This document shows positions 52,432-64,000 of a stretch of DNA of 64,000 nt, one piece after another; position 1 is the stretch's first letter; every line of letters begins with the position of its first letter. The notes beneath the pieces were generated by a model. That model made no database searches, was not told the DNA's origin, and saw only the letters and a program-made list of their open reading frames with translations. Source of the stretch: Isurus oxyrinchus (taxonomy: Eukaryota); assembly GCA_026770705.1 (NCBI GenBank), contig JANJGN010000021.1, positions 97,092,001-97,156,000 on the forward strand, written 5' to 3'. The translations under genes and the position numbers were made by a program.

Positions 52432-54711
52432 TTGATTCTTTCTGTTCTTTCGCTGGATTAACAGGGAGGAAGTTTCATATTTGCAGCGCAATTTTGTAAT
52501 GTGAAAGTGCAATTCATAATTTCAATTTAACACCCCACTTGGCTGTCTTTTATTATCAAGAGTTCAATCCAACCCCACATCAGATGTATCACACTTCCCA
52601 ATTCACTGATCTCTTTCAATTACTTCCTATTTCATTGTCATTTTACTGTGGCATTGTCTCAAGTAATACTCTCTATCACACTGACAAAGTTGAGTTAGCT
52701 TGTCTACCGCCACTTTCCTGCCAGCTCGTTGCCCGTTCGCCCCAGTGGTCCACCTGTGCTTTGAAAGCATTGGCTACACATCGATTTTGTGGCTGCATGC
52801 AGCCAGATACTGTATAAGCAGCGTCAACATCGAAAAATTCGGAACCGATTGCTATCGAAATTTTCTTACGTATCTTGTCATTCAGTCAGTGTTGGAAGTA
52901 AAAATTTAAATCCTTGCGAGGAAATACCGCAGCATTCTTGCACAATCTTTGGAAATGAAATCAGACTGAACTATGCCAGTCTAAGACTCCCAGCACTTTC
53001 CTGCTTTAATTTCAGACTTAACGTTTGCCCTGTTCTGCCAAACCTCTGCCCTACAAAAGACATCATCAAAAGCACGACGTCTGCCAAAGTTAACCAGCAT
53101 AACCGTTTTACATTTCTATCTCTGCGCAGCACTGATGAAGAGTCTTAGGGACTCAGATGTTAACTCTATCCTCTCTCGTAACAAATGTTGCCAGTGCGGC
53201 TTGGCATTTCTGTTATTTTCACTTTTGACTTCACAATTGCACCATTCGCATTATGTTAGCTAAACTTACCCCTTGTTTCTATCTGCATAGTAGCTGCTTG
53301 ATCATTTCGGCACTTGCAGCATTTCTGTTGGCTTTGGAGACGTTGGTTTTGGGAAGCTTTGTTACAATTCACAGAAAATTGTTCTCTTCAAATCCAGAGA
53401 AAATTATGCTGTTCGGTTGTACTTCATTTTGTCTCGGAGTTATTCCTCGCCCTTTTATGCTGGCACTGCTAAACCCGGTGGACATTCAACATATGTATTC
53501 CCCTGTCAAGAAAGCTTTTCAAGGTAAAACTTCAACTTATGCAGCTGTTAGTCTCACTTTAAAATACACGCAAACCGATGGCGCTACCAGCACGTTGCAT
53601 AAAACCTCCGATTTCCTTCTCCTCCACGTGTTGTTTGGTATCATCGCGGTGGCAGGGGAGCAGATCTTTTCAATTAGTGTGCAAGAACTTGATTTCAATG
53701 ACAATATGCAACGATTGTTACTATGGGCTGCGAACAAACTGATGAAGGAGCCGATGTTAAAGTACATGCCCAGAAGTGGCGAAAAAGTACTATATTCAAG
53801 GTTGTGCCCTTTTGTAAGTCCAACATCGGAACAACGGAAAAAAAGTCACCTTCCAAAAAAATATGTATATATATATTTCCCTTTAGAAACTGCAATGCAC
53901 TTTTGTTCCATTTTGCGTAATCGAATGAACTGCTTTGTAAAGCTAATTCCCTGAAACTGGCAGTAAAGAAGAATCAATGGGGAGCAGACTTGCACAAACA
54001 CGAGGTACATATCGGAATCTCATATGTATTCAACAAATTGACGTTACAGAGAGCCGGGAGGAGAGCTCTGTAGTTAGTAAATCAGTTGAAGTGGGCTATC
54101 TTTCTTGTCAACCAAAGCAATCTTCAATGTGAGAGCCTATTGGCCTGGAGGGTGCGCTTCCATAACTTTTTACTTCAGATCAGGGATAGGTCCTAGGCTG
54201 AATCCTGGTAAAACATTGTTTTGCTTTGTGGCAGCAGCAACATCCGTTCTCAGGTAATTTCATAACCCTGATGCATTAGTTCAGTTTTCATATCGAAATC
54301 TGCTGTTAGACTTCCTGCACACCTGTAACATTTACACTTTCCATTCCTGCTTTTCAGCATGTGCAGTGTTTTCGTTTTGTGAGCATGAAGCTGGAGGATA
54401 TCTTGAAATGATATTTTAGAAATGCCGACTCTAATTCGGACTGGTGGACTTTGAACAGCTGTATTATTAACTAAATGGAGACTGCCAAGCACCACGGAGA
54501 CAAACGTTTGGAATATGTTTTCATTTCCTCCTTTCAATGCAATGCCTTGAATTTGCGGCCAAAGAACAGGAAATTTTGGAAGCTTGGATGCTCAATTCCC
54601 TCTTCTGCATGAGGCTTGCCGTGCGATCGAGTGCTTTTTTCGAAGAGTTTGGTGGTGAAAATGTGCTACCAGCCTGAAGCTTGGCGGTCCATGCCAGCAG
54701 CGACGGGTGGC

Positions 54712-54783
54712 TCCCTGATCGTATAGTGGTTAGTACTCTGCGCAGTGGCCGCAGTAACCTCGGTTTGAATCCGAGTCACGGCA
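54712..54783 (+). pseudogene. tRNA-His pseudogene
   Basis: TCCCTGATCG...GCGCAGTGGCC...GGTTTGAATCC. Carries G1T, G4C, TT32/33>CA and the B-box change C56T. Confidence 0.88.
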
Positions 54784-56566
54784 TTGCTTCTTTCTGTTCT
54801 TTCGCAGGAATAAAAGGGAGGAATGTTCAAATTTGCAGGGCAAGTTTGTAATGTGAATGCGTAATTCATAATTTCAATCTAACACCCCACTAGTCTGTCT
54901 TTTGTTATCCAGAGTACAATCCAACCCCACATCAGATGTATCTGCCTGCCCAATTCACTGATCTCTTTCAATTACTTCCTTTATCATTGTCATTTTACTG
55001 TGGCATTGTCTCAACTATACTCTCTATCACACTGACAAAGTTGAGTTAGTTTTTCTACCGCCACTTTCCTGCCAGCTCGTTGCCCATTTGCCCCAGTGGT
55101 CCACCTGTGCTTTGAAAGCATTGGCTACACATCGATTTTGTGGGTGCATGCAGCCAGATACTGTATAAGCAGCGTCGACATCGAAAAATTCGGACCCGAT
55201 TGCTATCGAAATTTTCTTACGTGTCTTGTCATTCAGTCATTGTTGGAAGTAAAATTGAAATCCTTGCGAGGAAATACAGCAGCATTCTGGCACAATCTTT
55301 GGAAATGAAATCAGACTGAACTTTGCCAGTCTAAGACTCCCAGCACTTTCCTGCTTTAATTTCAGACTTAGCGTTTGCGCTTTTGTGCCAAACATCCGCC
55401 CTACAACAGACATCATCAAAAGCACAACCTTTGGCACAGTTAACCAGCATAAGCCCCTTACATTTCAATCTCTGCGCAGCACTGATGAAGAGGCTTAGGG
55501 CCACAGATGTTAACTCTATCCTCTCTCGTAACAAATGTTGCCAGTGCAGCTCGGCATTTCTGTTATTTTCACTTTTGACTTCACATTTGCACCATTTGCA
55601 TTATGTTAGCTAAACTTACCCCTTGTTTCTATCTGCACAGTAGCTGCTTGATCAGCTCGGCACTTGCAGCATTTCTGTTGGCATTGGAGACGTTGGTTTT
55701 GGGAAGCTTTGTTCCAATTCACAGAAAATTGTTCTCTTCAAATCCAGAGAAAATTATTCTGTTCGGTTGCACTTCATTTTGTCTTGGAGTTATTCCACAC
55801 CCTTTTATGATGGCACTGCCAAACCTGGTGGACATTCAACATGTATTCCCTAATCAAGAAAGATTTTCAAGGTGAAACCTCAACTTATGCAGCTGTTAAT
55901 GTCACTTTAAATTACACGCAAACCGTTGGCGCTACCAGTTGTTGCATAAAACCTCCGATTTCTTCTCCTCCACGTGTTGTTTGGTCTCATCGTGGTGACA
56001 GGGGAGCAGATCTTTTCAATTAGTGTGCAAGAACTTGATTTCTATGACAATGTGCAACGATTGTTACTATGGCCTGTGAAGAAACTGTTGAAGGAGCATG
56101 ATGTTATACTAGGTGCCCAGAAGTGGCGAAAAAGTACTATATTCAAGGTTGTGCCCTTTTGTAACTCCAATGTGGGAACAACGGACAAGAAGTCATCTTC
56201 CAAAAAAATATGTATATATATATTTCACTTTAGAAACTGCAATGCACTTTTGTTCCATTTTGCGTAATCGAATGAGCTGCTTTGTAAAGCTATTTCCCTG
56301 AAACTGGCAGTAAAGAAGAATCAATGGGGAGCAGACTTGCACAAACACGAAGTACATGTCGGAATCTCATATGCATTCAACAAATTGACGTTCCAGAGAG
56401 CCGGGAGGAGAGCTCTGTAGTTAGTAAATCAGTTGAAGTGGGCTATCTTTCTTGCCAACCAAAGCAATCTTCAATGTGAGAGCCTATTGGCCTGGAGGGT
56501 GCGCTTCCATAACTTTTTACTTCATATCAGGGATAGGTCCTACGCTGAATCCTGGTAAAACATTGT

Positions 56567-56596
56567 TTTGCTTTGTGGCAGCAGCAACATCCGTTC
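56567..56596 (+). pseudogene. Truncated tRNA-His head inside the unit spacer (one per unit)
   Basis: TTTGCTTTGTGGCAGCAGCAACATCCGTTC matches His nt 26-55 at 25/30 and is followed by a Penelope-type tail. Confidence 0.7.
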
Positions 56597-57058
56597 TCAG
56601 GTAATTTCATAACCCTGATGCATTAGTTCAGTTTTCATATCGAAATCTGCTGTTAGACTTCCTGCACACCTGTAACATTTACACTTTCCATTCCTGCTTT
56701 ACAGCATGTGCAGTGTTTTCGTTTTGTGAGCATGAAGCTGGAGGATATCTTACAATCATATTTTAGAAATGCCGACTCTAATTCGGACTGGTGGACTTTG
56801 AACAGCTGTATTATTAACTAAATGGAGACTGCCAAGTACCACGAAGACAAACTTTCGGAATATGTTTTCGTTTCCTTCTTTCAATGCAATGTCTGGAATT
56901 TGTGGCCAAAGAACAGGAAATTTTGGAAGCTTGGATGCTCAATTCACTTTTCTGCATGAGGCTTGCCGTGCGATCGAGCACATTTTTCGAAGTTTTTGGT
57001 GGTGAAAATGTGCTACCAGCCTGCAGCTTGGCGGCCCATGCCAGCAGCGACGGGTGGC

Positions 57059-57130
57059 GCCGTGATCGTATAGTGGTTAGTACTCTGCGTTGTGGCCGCA
57101 GTAACCTCGGTTCGAATCCGAGTCACGGCA
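57059..57130 (+). tRNA. tRNA-His-GTG: tRNA-His(GTG), intact
   Basis: GCCGTGATCGTATAGTGGTTAGTACTCTGCGTTGTGGCCGCAGTAACCTCGGTTCGAATCCGAGTCACGGCA. Full cloverleaf with A and B boxes. Differs from the vertebrate tRNA-His consensus only at position 44 (C>T). TTTT at 57147-57150. Confidence 0.97.
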
Positions 57131-57146
57131 TTGCATCTTTCTGTTC

Positions 57147-57150
57147 TTTT
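57147..57150 (+). terminator. Pol III terminator T4 (also at +2347 and +4694)
   Basis: TTTT 17 nt after the discriminator base in the homogeneous units. Confidence 0.65.
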
Positions 57151-59405
57151 GCTGGAATAACAGGGAGGAATGTTCAAAATTGCAACACCAGTTTGTAATG
57201 TGAAAGTGCAATTCATAATTTCAATGTAACACCCCACTAGTCTGTCTTTTGTTATCCAGAGTACAATCCAACCCCACATCAGATGTATCTGCCTGCCCAA
57301 TTCACTGATCTCTTTCAATTACTTCCTTTATCATTGTCATTTTACTGTGGCATTGTCTCAACTATACTCTCTATCACACTGACAAAGTTGAGTTAGTTTT
57401 TCTACCGCCACTTTCCTGCCAGCTCGTTGCCCATTTGCCCCAGTGGTCCACCTGTGCTTTGAAAGCATTGGCTACACATCGATTTTGTGGGTGCATGCAG
57501 CCAGATACTGTATAAGCAGCGTCGACATCGAAAAATTCGGACCCGATTGCTATCGAAATTTTCTTACGTGTCTTGTCATTCAGTCATTGTTGGAAGTAAA
57601 ATTGAAATCCTTGCGAGGAAATACAGCAGCATTCTGGCACAATCTTTGGAAATGAAATCAGACTGAACTTTGCCAGTCTAAGACTCCCAGCACTTTCCTG
57701 CTTTAATTTCAGACTTAGCGTTTGCGCTTTTGTGCCAAACATCCGCCCTACAACAGACATCATCAAAAGCACAACCTTTGGCACAGTTAACCAGCATAAG
57801 CCCCTTACATTTCAATCTCTGCGCAGCACTGATGAAGAGGCTTAGGGCCACAGATGTTAACTCTATCCTCTCTCGTAACAAATGTTGCCAGTGCAGCTCG
57901 GCATTTCTGTTATTTTCACTTTTGACTTCACATTTGCACCATTTGCATTATGTTAGCTAAACGTACCCCTTGTTTCTATCTGCACAGTAGCTGCTTGATC
58001 AGCTCGGCACTTGCAGCATTTCTGTTGGCATTGGAGACGTTGGTTTTGGGAAGCTTTGTTCCAATTCACAGAAAATTGTTCTCTTCAAATCCAGAGAAAA
58101 TTATTCTGTTCAGTTGCACTTCATTTTGTCTTGGAGTTATTCCACACCCTTTTATGATGGCACTGCCAAACCTGGTGGACATTCAACATGTATTCCCTAA
58201 TCAAGAAAGTTTTTCAAGGTGAAACTTCAACTTATGCAGCTGTTAATGTCACTTTAAATTACACGCAAACCGATGGCGCTACCAGTTGTTGCATAAAACC
58301 TCCGATTTCTTCTCCTCCACGTGTTGTTTGGTCTCATCGTGGTGACAGGGGAGCAGATCTTTTCAATTAGTGTGCAAGAACTTGATTTCTATGACAATGT
58401 GCAACGATTGTTACTATGGCCTGTGAAGAAACTGTTGAAGGAGCATGATGTTGTACTAGGTGCCCAGAAGTGGCGAAAAAGTACTATATTCAAGGTTGTG
58501 CCCTTTTGTAACTCCAATGTGGGAACAACGGACAAGAAGTCATCTTCCAAAAAAATATGTATATATATATTTCACTTTAGAAACTGCAATGCACTTTTGT
58601 TCCATTTTGCGTAATCGAATGAGCTGCTTTGTAAAGCTATTTCCCTGAAACTGGCAGTAAAGAAGAATCAATGGGGAGCAGACTTGCACAAACACGAAGT
58701 ACATGTCGGAATCTCATATGCATTCAACAAATTGACGTTCCAGAGAGCCGGGAGGAGAGCTCTGTAGTTAGTAAATCAGTTGAAGTGGGCTATCTTTCTT
58801 GCCAACCAAAGCAATCTTCAATGTGAGAGCCTATTGGCCTGGAGGGTGCGCTTCCATAACTTTTTACTTCATATCAGGGATAGGTCCTACGCTGAATCCT
58901 GGTAAAACATTGTTTTGCTTTGTGGCAGCAGCAACATCCGTTCTCAGGTAATTTCATAACCCTGATGCATTAGTTCAGTTTTCATATCGAAATCTGCTGT
59001 TAGACTTCCTGCACACCTGTTACATTTACACTTTCCATTCCTGCTTTACAGCATGTGCAGTGTTTTCGTTTTGTGAGCATGAAGCTGGAGGATATCTTAC
59101 AATCATATTTTAGAAATGCCGACTCTAATTCGGACTGCTGGACTTTGAACAGCTGTATTATTAACTAAATGGAGACTGCCAAGTACCACGAAGACAAACT
59201 TTCGGAATATGTTTTCGTTTCCTTCTTTCAATGCAATGTCTGGAATTTGTGGCCAAAGAACAGGAAATTTTGGAAGCTTGGATGCTCAATTCACTTTTCT
59301 GCATGAGGCTTGCCGTGCGATCGAGCACATTTTTCGAAGTTTTTGGTGGTGAAAATGTGCTACCAGCCTGCAGCTTGGCGGTCCATGCCAGCAGCGACGG
59401 GTGGC

Positions 59406-59477
59406 GCCGTGATCGTATAGTGGTTAGTACTCTGCGTTGTGGCCGCAGTAACCTCGGTTCGAATCCGAGTCACGGCA
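59406..59477 (+). tRNA. tRNA-His-GTG: tRNA-His(GTG), intact
   Basis: Identical to the 57059 copy and 2347 bp downstream of it. Followed by TTTT. Confidence 0.97.
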
Positions 59478-61752
59478 TTGCATCTTTCTGTTCTTTTGCT
59501 GGAATAACAGGGAGGAATGTTCAAAATTGCAACACCAGTTTGTAATGTGAAAGTGCAATTCATAATTTCAATGTAACACCCCACTAGTCTGTCTTTTGTT
59601 ATCCAGAGTACAATCCAACCCCACATCAGATGTATCTGCCTGCCCAATTCACTGATCTCTTTCAATTACTTCCTTTATCATTGTCATTTTACTGTGGCAT
59701 TGTCTCAACTATACTCTCTATCACACTGACAAAGTTGAGTTAGTTTTTCTACCGCCACTTTCCTGCCAGCTCGTTGCCCATTTGCCCCAGTGGTCCACCT
59801 GTGCTTTGAAAGCATTGGCTACACATCGATTTTGTGGGTGCATGCAGCCAGATACTGTATAAGCAGCGTCGACATCGAAAAATTCGGACCCGATTGCTAT
59901 CGAAATTTTCTTACGTGTCTTGTCATTCAGTCATTGTTGGAAGTAAAATTGAAATCCTTGCGAGGAAATACAGCAGCATTCTGGCACAATCTTTGGAAAT
60001 GAAATCAGACTGAACTTTGCCAGTCTAAGACTCCCAGCACTTTCCTGCTTTAATTTCAGACTTAGCGTTTGCGCTTTTGTGCCAAACATCCGCCCTACAA
60101 CAGACATCATCAAAAGCACAACCTTTGGCACAGTTAACCAGCATAAGCCCCTTACATTTCAATCTCTGCGCAGCACTGATGAAGAGGCTTAGGGCCACAG
60201 ATGTTAACTCTATCCTCTCTCGTAACAAATGTTGCCAGTGCAGCTCGGCATTTCTGTTATTTTCACTTTTGACTTCACATTTGCACCATTTGCATTATGT
60301 TAGCTAAACTTACCCCTTGTTTCTATCTGCACAGTAGCTGCTTGATCAGCTCGGCACTTGCAGCATTTCTGTTGGCATTGGAGACGTTGGTTTTGGGAAG
60401 CTTTGTTCCAATTCACAGAAAATTGTTCTCTTCAAATCCAGAGAAAATTATTCTGTTCAGTTGCACTTCATTTTGTCTTGGAGTTATTCCACACCCTTTT
60501 ATGATGGCACTGCCAAACCTGGTGGACATTCAACATGTATTCCCTAATCAAGAAAGTTTTTCAAGGTGAAACTTCAACTTATGCAGCTGTTAATGTCACT
60601 TTAAATTACACGCAAACCGATGGCGCTACCAGTTGTTGCATAAAACCTCCGATTTCTTCTCCTCCACGTGTTGTTTGGTCTCATCGTGGTGACAGGGGAG
60701 CAGATCTTTTCAATTAGTGTGCAAGAGCTTGATTTCTATGACAATGTGCAACGATTGTTACTATGGCCTGTGAAGAAACTGTTGAAGGAGCATGATGTTA
60801 TACTAGGTGCCCAGAAGTGGCGAAAAAGTACTATATTCAAGGTTGTGCCCTTTTGTAACTCCAATGTGGGAACAACGGACAAGAAGTCATCTTCCAAAAA
60901 AATATGTATATATATATTTCACTTTAGAAACTGCAATGCACTTTTGTTCCATTTTGCGTAATCGAATGAGCTGCTTTGTAAAGCTATTTCCCTGAAACTG
61001 GCAGTAAAGAAGAATCAATGGGGAGCAGACTTGCACAAACACGAAGTACATGTCGGAATCTCATATGCATTCAACAAATTGACGTTCCAGAGAGCCGGGA
61101 GGAGAGCTCTGTAGTTAGTAAATCAGTTGAAGTGGGCTATCTTTCTTGCCAACCAAAGCAATCTTCAATGTGAGAGCCTATTGGCCTGGAGGGTGCGCTT
61201 CCATAACTTTTTACCTCATATCAGGGATAGGTCCTACGCTGAATCCTGGTAAAACATTGTTTTGCTTTGTGGCAGCAGCAACATCCGTTCTCAGGTAATT
61301 TCATAACCCTGATGCATTAGTTCAGTTTTCATATCGAAATCTGCTGTTAGACTTCCTGCACACCTGTAACATTTACACTTTCCATTCCTGCTTTACAGCA
61401 TGTGCAGTGTTTTCGTTTTGTGAGCATGAAGCTGGAGGATATCTTACAATCATATTTTAGAAATGCCGACTCTAATTCGGACTGCTGGACTTTGAACAGC
61501 TGTATTATTAACTAAATGGAGACTGCCAAGTACCACGAAGACAAACTTTCGGAATATGTTTTCGTTTCCTTCTTTCAATGCAATGTCTGGAATTTGTGGC
61601 CAAAGAACAGGAAATTTTGGAAGCTTGGATGCTCAATTCACTTTTCTGCATGAGGCTTGCCGTGCGATCGAGCACATTTTTCGAAGTTTTTGGTTGTGAA
61701 AATGTGCTACCAGCCTGCAGCTTGGCGGTCCATGCCAGCAGCGACGGGTGGC

Positions 61753-61824
61753 GCCGTGATCGTATAGTGGTTAGTACTCTGCGTTGTGGCCGCAGTAACC
61801 TCGGTTCGAATCCGAGTCACGGCA
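61753..61824 (+). tRNA. tRNA-His-GTG: tRNA-His(GTG), intact
   Basis: Identical to the 57059 copy and 2347 bp downstream of the previous copy. Followed by TTTT. Confidence 0.97.
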
Positions 61825-64000
61825 TTGCATCTTTCTGTTCTTTTGCTGGAATAACAGGGAGGAATGTTCAAAATTGCAACACCAGTTTGTAATGTGAAAG
61901 TGCAATTCATAATTTCAATGTAACACCCCACTAGTCTGTCTTTTGTTATCCAGAGTACAATCCAACCCCACATCAGATGTATCTGCCTGCCCAATTCACT
62001 GATCTCTTTCAATTACTTCCTTTATCATTGTCATTTTACTGTGGCATTGTCTCAACTATACTCTCTATCACACTGACAAAGTTGAGTTAGTTTTTCTACC
62101 GCCACTTTCCTGCCAGCTCGTTGCCCATTTGCCCCAGTGGTCCACCTGTGCTTTGAAAGCATTGGCTACACATCGATTTTGTGGGTGCATGCAGCCAGAT
62201 ACTGTATAAGCAGCGTCGACATCGAAAAATTCGGACCCGATTGCTATCGAAATTTTCTTACGTGTCTTGTCATTCAGTCATTGTTGGAAGTAAAATTGAA
62301 ATCCTTGCGAGGAAATACAGCAGCATTCTGGCACAATCTTTGGAAATGAAATCAGACTGAACTTTGCCAGTCTAAGACTCCCAGCACTTTCCTGCTTTAA
62401 TTTCAGACTTAGCGTTTGCGCTTTTGTGCCAAACATCCGCCCTACAACAGACATCATCAAAAGCACAACCTTTGGCACAGTTAACCAGCATAAGCCCCTT
62501 ACATTTCAATCTCTGCGCAGCACTGATGAAGAGGCTTAGGGCCACAGATGTTAACTCTATCCTCTCTCGTAACAAATGTTGCCAGTGCAGCTCGGCATTT
62601 CTGTTATTTTCACTTTTGACTTCACATTTGCACCATTTGCATTATGTTAGCTAAACTTACCCCTTGTTTCTATCTGCACAGTAGCTGCTTGATCAGCTCG
62701 GCACTTGCAGCATTTCTGTTGGCATTGGAGACGTTGGTTTTGGGAAGCTTTGTTCCAATTCACAGAAAATTGTTCTCTTCAAATCCAGAGAAAATTATTC
62801 TGTTCAGTTGCACTTCATTTTGTCTTGGAGTTATTCCACACCCTTTTATGATGGCACTGCCAAACCTGGTGGACATTCAACATGTATTCCCTAATCAAGA
62901 AAGTTTTTCAAGGTGAAACTTCAACTTATGCAGCTGTTAATGTCACTTTAAATTACACGCAAACCGATGGCGCTACCAGTTGTTGCATAAAACCTCTGAT
63001 TTCTTCTCCTCCACGTGTTGTTTGGTCTCATCGTGGTGACAGGGGAGCAGATCTTTTCAATTAGTGTGCAAGAAATTGATTTCTATGACAATGTGCAACG
63101 ATTGTTACTATGGCCTGTGAAGAAACTGTTGAAGGAGCATGATGTTATACTAGGTGCCCAGAAGTGGCGAAAAAGTACTATATTCAAGGTTGTGCCCTTT
63201 TGTAACTCCAATGTGGGAACAACGGACAAGAAGTCATCTTCCAAAAAAATATGTATATATATATTTCACTTTAGAAACTGCAATGCACTTTTGTTCCATT
63301 TTGCGTAATCGAATGAGCTGCTTTGTAAAGCTATTGCCCTGAAACTGGCAGTAAAGAAGAATCAATGGGGAGCAGACTTGCACAAGCACGAAGTACATGT
63401 CGGAATCTCATATGCATTCAACAAATTGACGTTCCAGAGAGCCGGGAGGAGAGCTCTGTAGTTAGTAAATCAGTTGAAGTGGGCTATCTTTCTTGCCAAC
63501 CAAAGCAATCTTCAATGTGAGAGCCTATTGGCCTGGAGGGTGCGCTTCCATAACTTTTTACTTCATATCAGGGATAGGTCCTACGCTGAATCCTGGTAAA
63601 ACATTGTTTTGCTTTGTGGCAGCAGCAACATCCGTTCTCAGGTAATTTCATAACCCTGATGCATTAGTTCAGTTTTCATATCGAAATCTGCTGTCAGACT
63701 TCCTGCACACCTGTAACATTTACACTTTCCATTCCTGCTTTACAGCATGTGCAGTGTTTTCGTTTTGTGAGCATGAAGCTGGAGGATATCTTACAATCAT
63801 ATTTTAGAAATGCCGACTCTAATTCGGACTGCTGGACTTTGAACAGCTGTATTATTAACTAAATGGAGACTGCCAAGTACCACGAAGACAAACTTTCGGA
63901 ATATGTTTTCGTTTCCTTCTTTCAATGCAATGTCTGGAATTTGTGGCCAAAGAACAGGAAATTTTGGAAGCTTGGATGCTCAATTCACTTTTCTGCGTGA

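Larger units (their letters stand above)
45312..64000 (+). repeat. Tandem tRNA-His gene array (~2.35 kb unit, about 8 units, open at the right edge)
   Basis: tRNA starts at 45312, 47653, 49981, 52360, 54712, 57059, 59406 and 61753 (spacings 2341, 2328, 2379, 2352, 2347, 2347, 2347). The ORF track also recurs with period 2347. Confidence 0.97.

Noticed and set aside
53253-53954. 233-aa ORF, and the recurring 60-150 aa ORFs in the array
   Set aside because: The ORF is broken by frameshifts or stops in neighbouring units and has no recognisable domain. The recurrence only reflects the DNA repeat.
56884-57318. Sense and antisense ORFs overlapping the tRNA
   Set aside because: The apparent conservation (RDRIVVSTLRCGR) is just the translated tRNA sequence.
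45312-64000. 5S rRNA, snRNA or histone genes within the unit
   Set aside because: No 5S, U-snRNA or histone coding sequence was recognisable in the spacer by eye. An Rfam scan would confirm this.

Overview
Eukaryotic, repeat-dominated window with no intact protein-coding gene. The CR1/L2/Penelope/SINE content points to a cartilaginous fish (inference). It is the edge of a tandem tRNA-His(GTG) gene array. From about 45.3 kb to the window end there are ~2.33-2.38 kb units, each carrying one tRNA-His. The units grade from heavily decayed, through an alternating A/B dimer-like zone, to near-identical units with an exact 2347-bp period. Intact genes are at 52360, 57059, 59406 and 61753. The left 45 kb is an older, rearranged and partly inverted relic of the same cluster. 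It holds more His pseudogenes, intron-containing tRNA-Ile(TAT) and tRNA-Asn(GTT) pseudogenes, CR1/L2 LINE fragments, a Penelope-like element with inverted pLTR, TSD and hammerhead-like motif, and a tRNA-Thr-like SINE present once with a TSD and once as a five-fold 88-bp tandem. Each array unit also hides a second, truncated tRNA-His head fused at the T-loop to a Penelope-type hammerhead tail.
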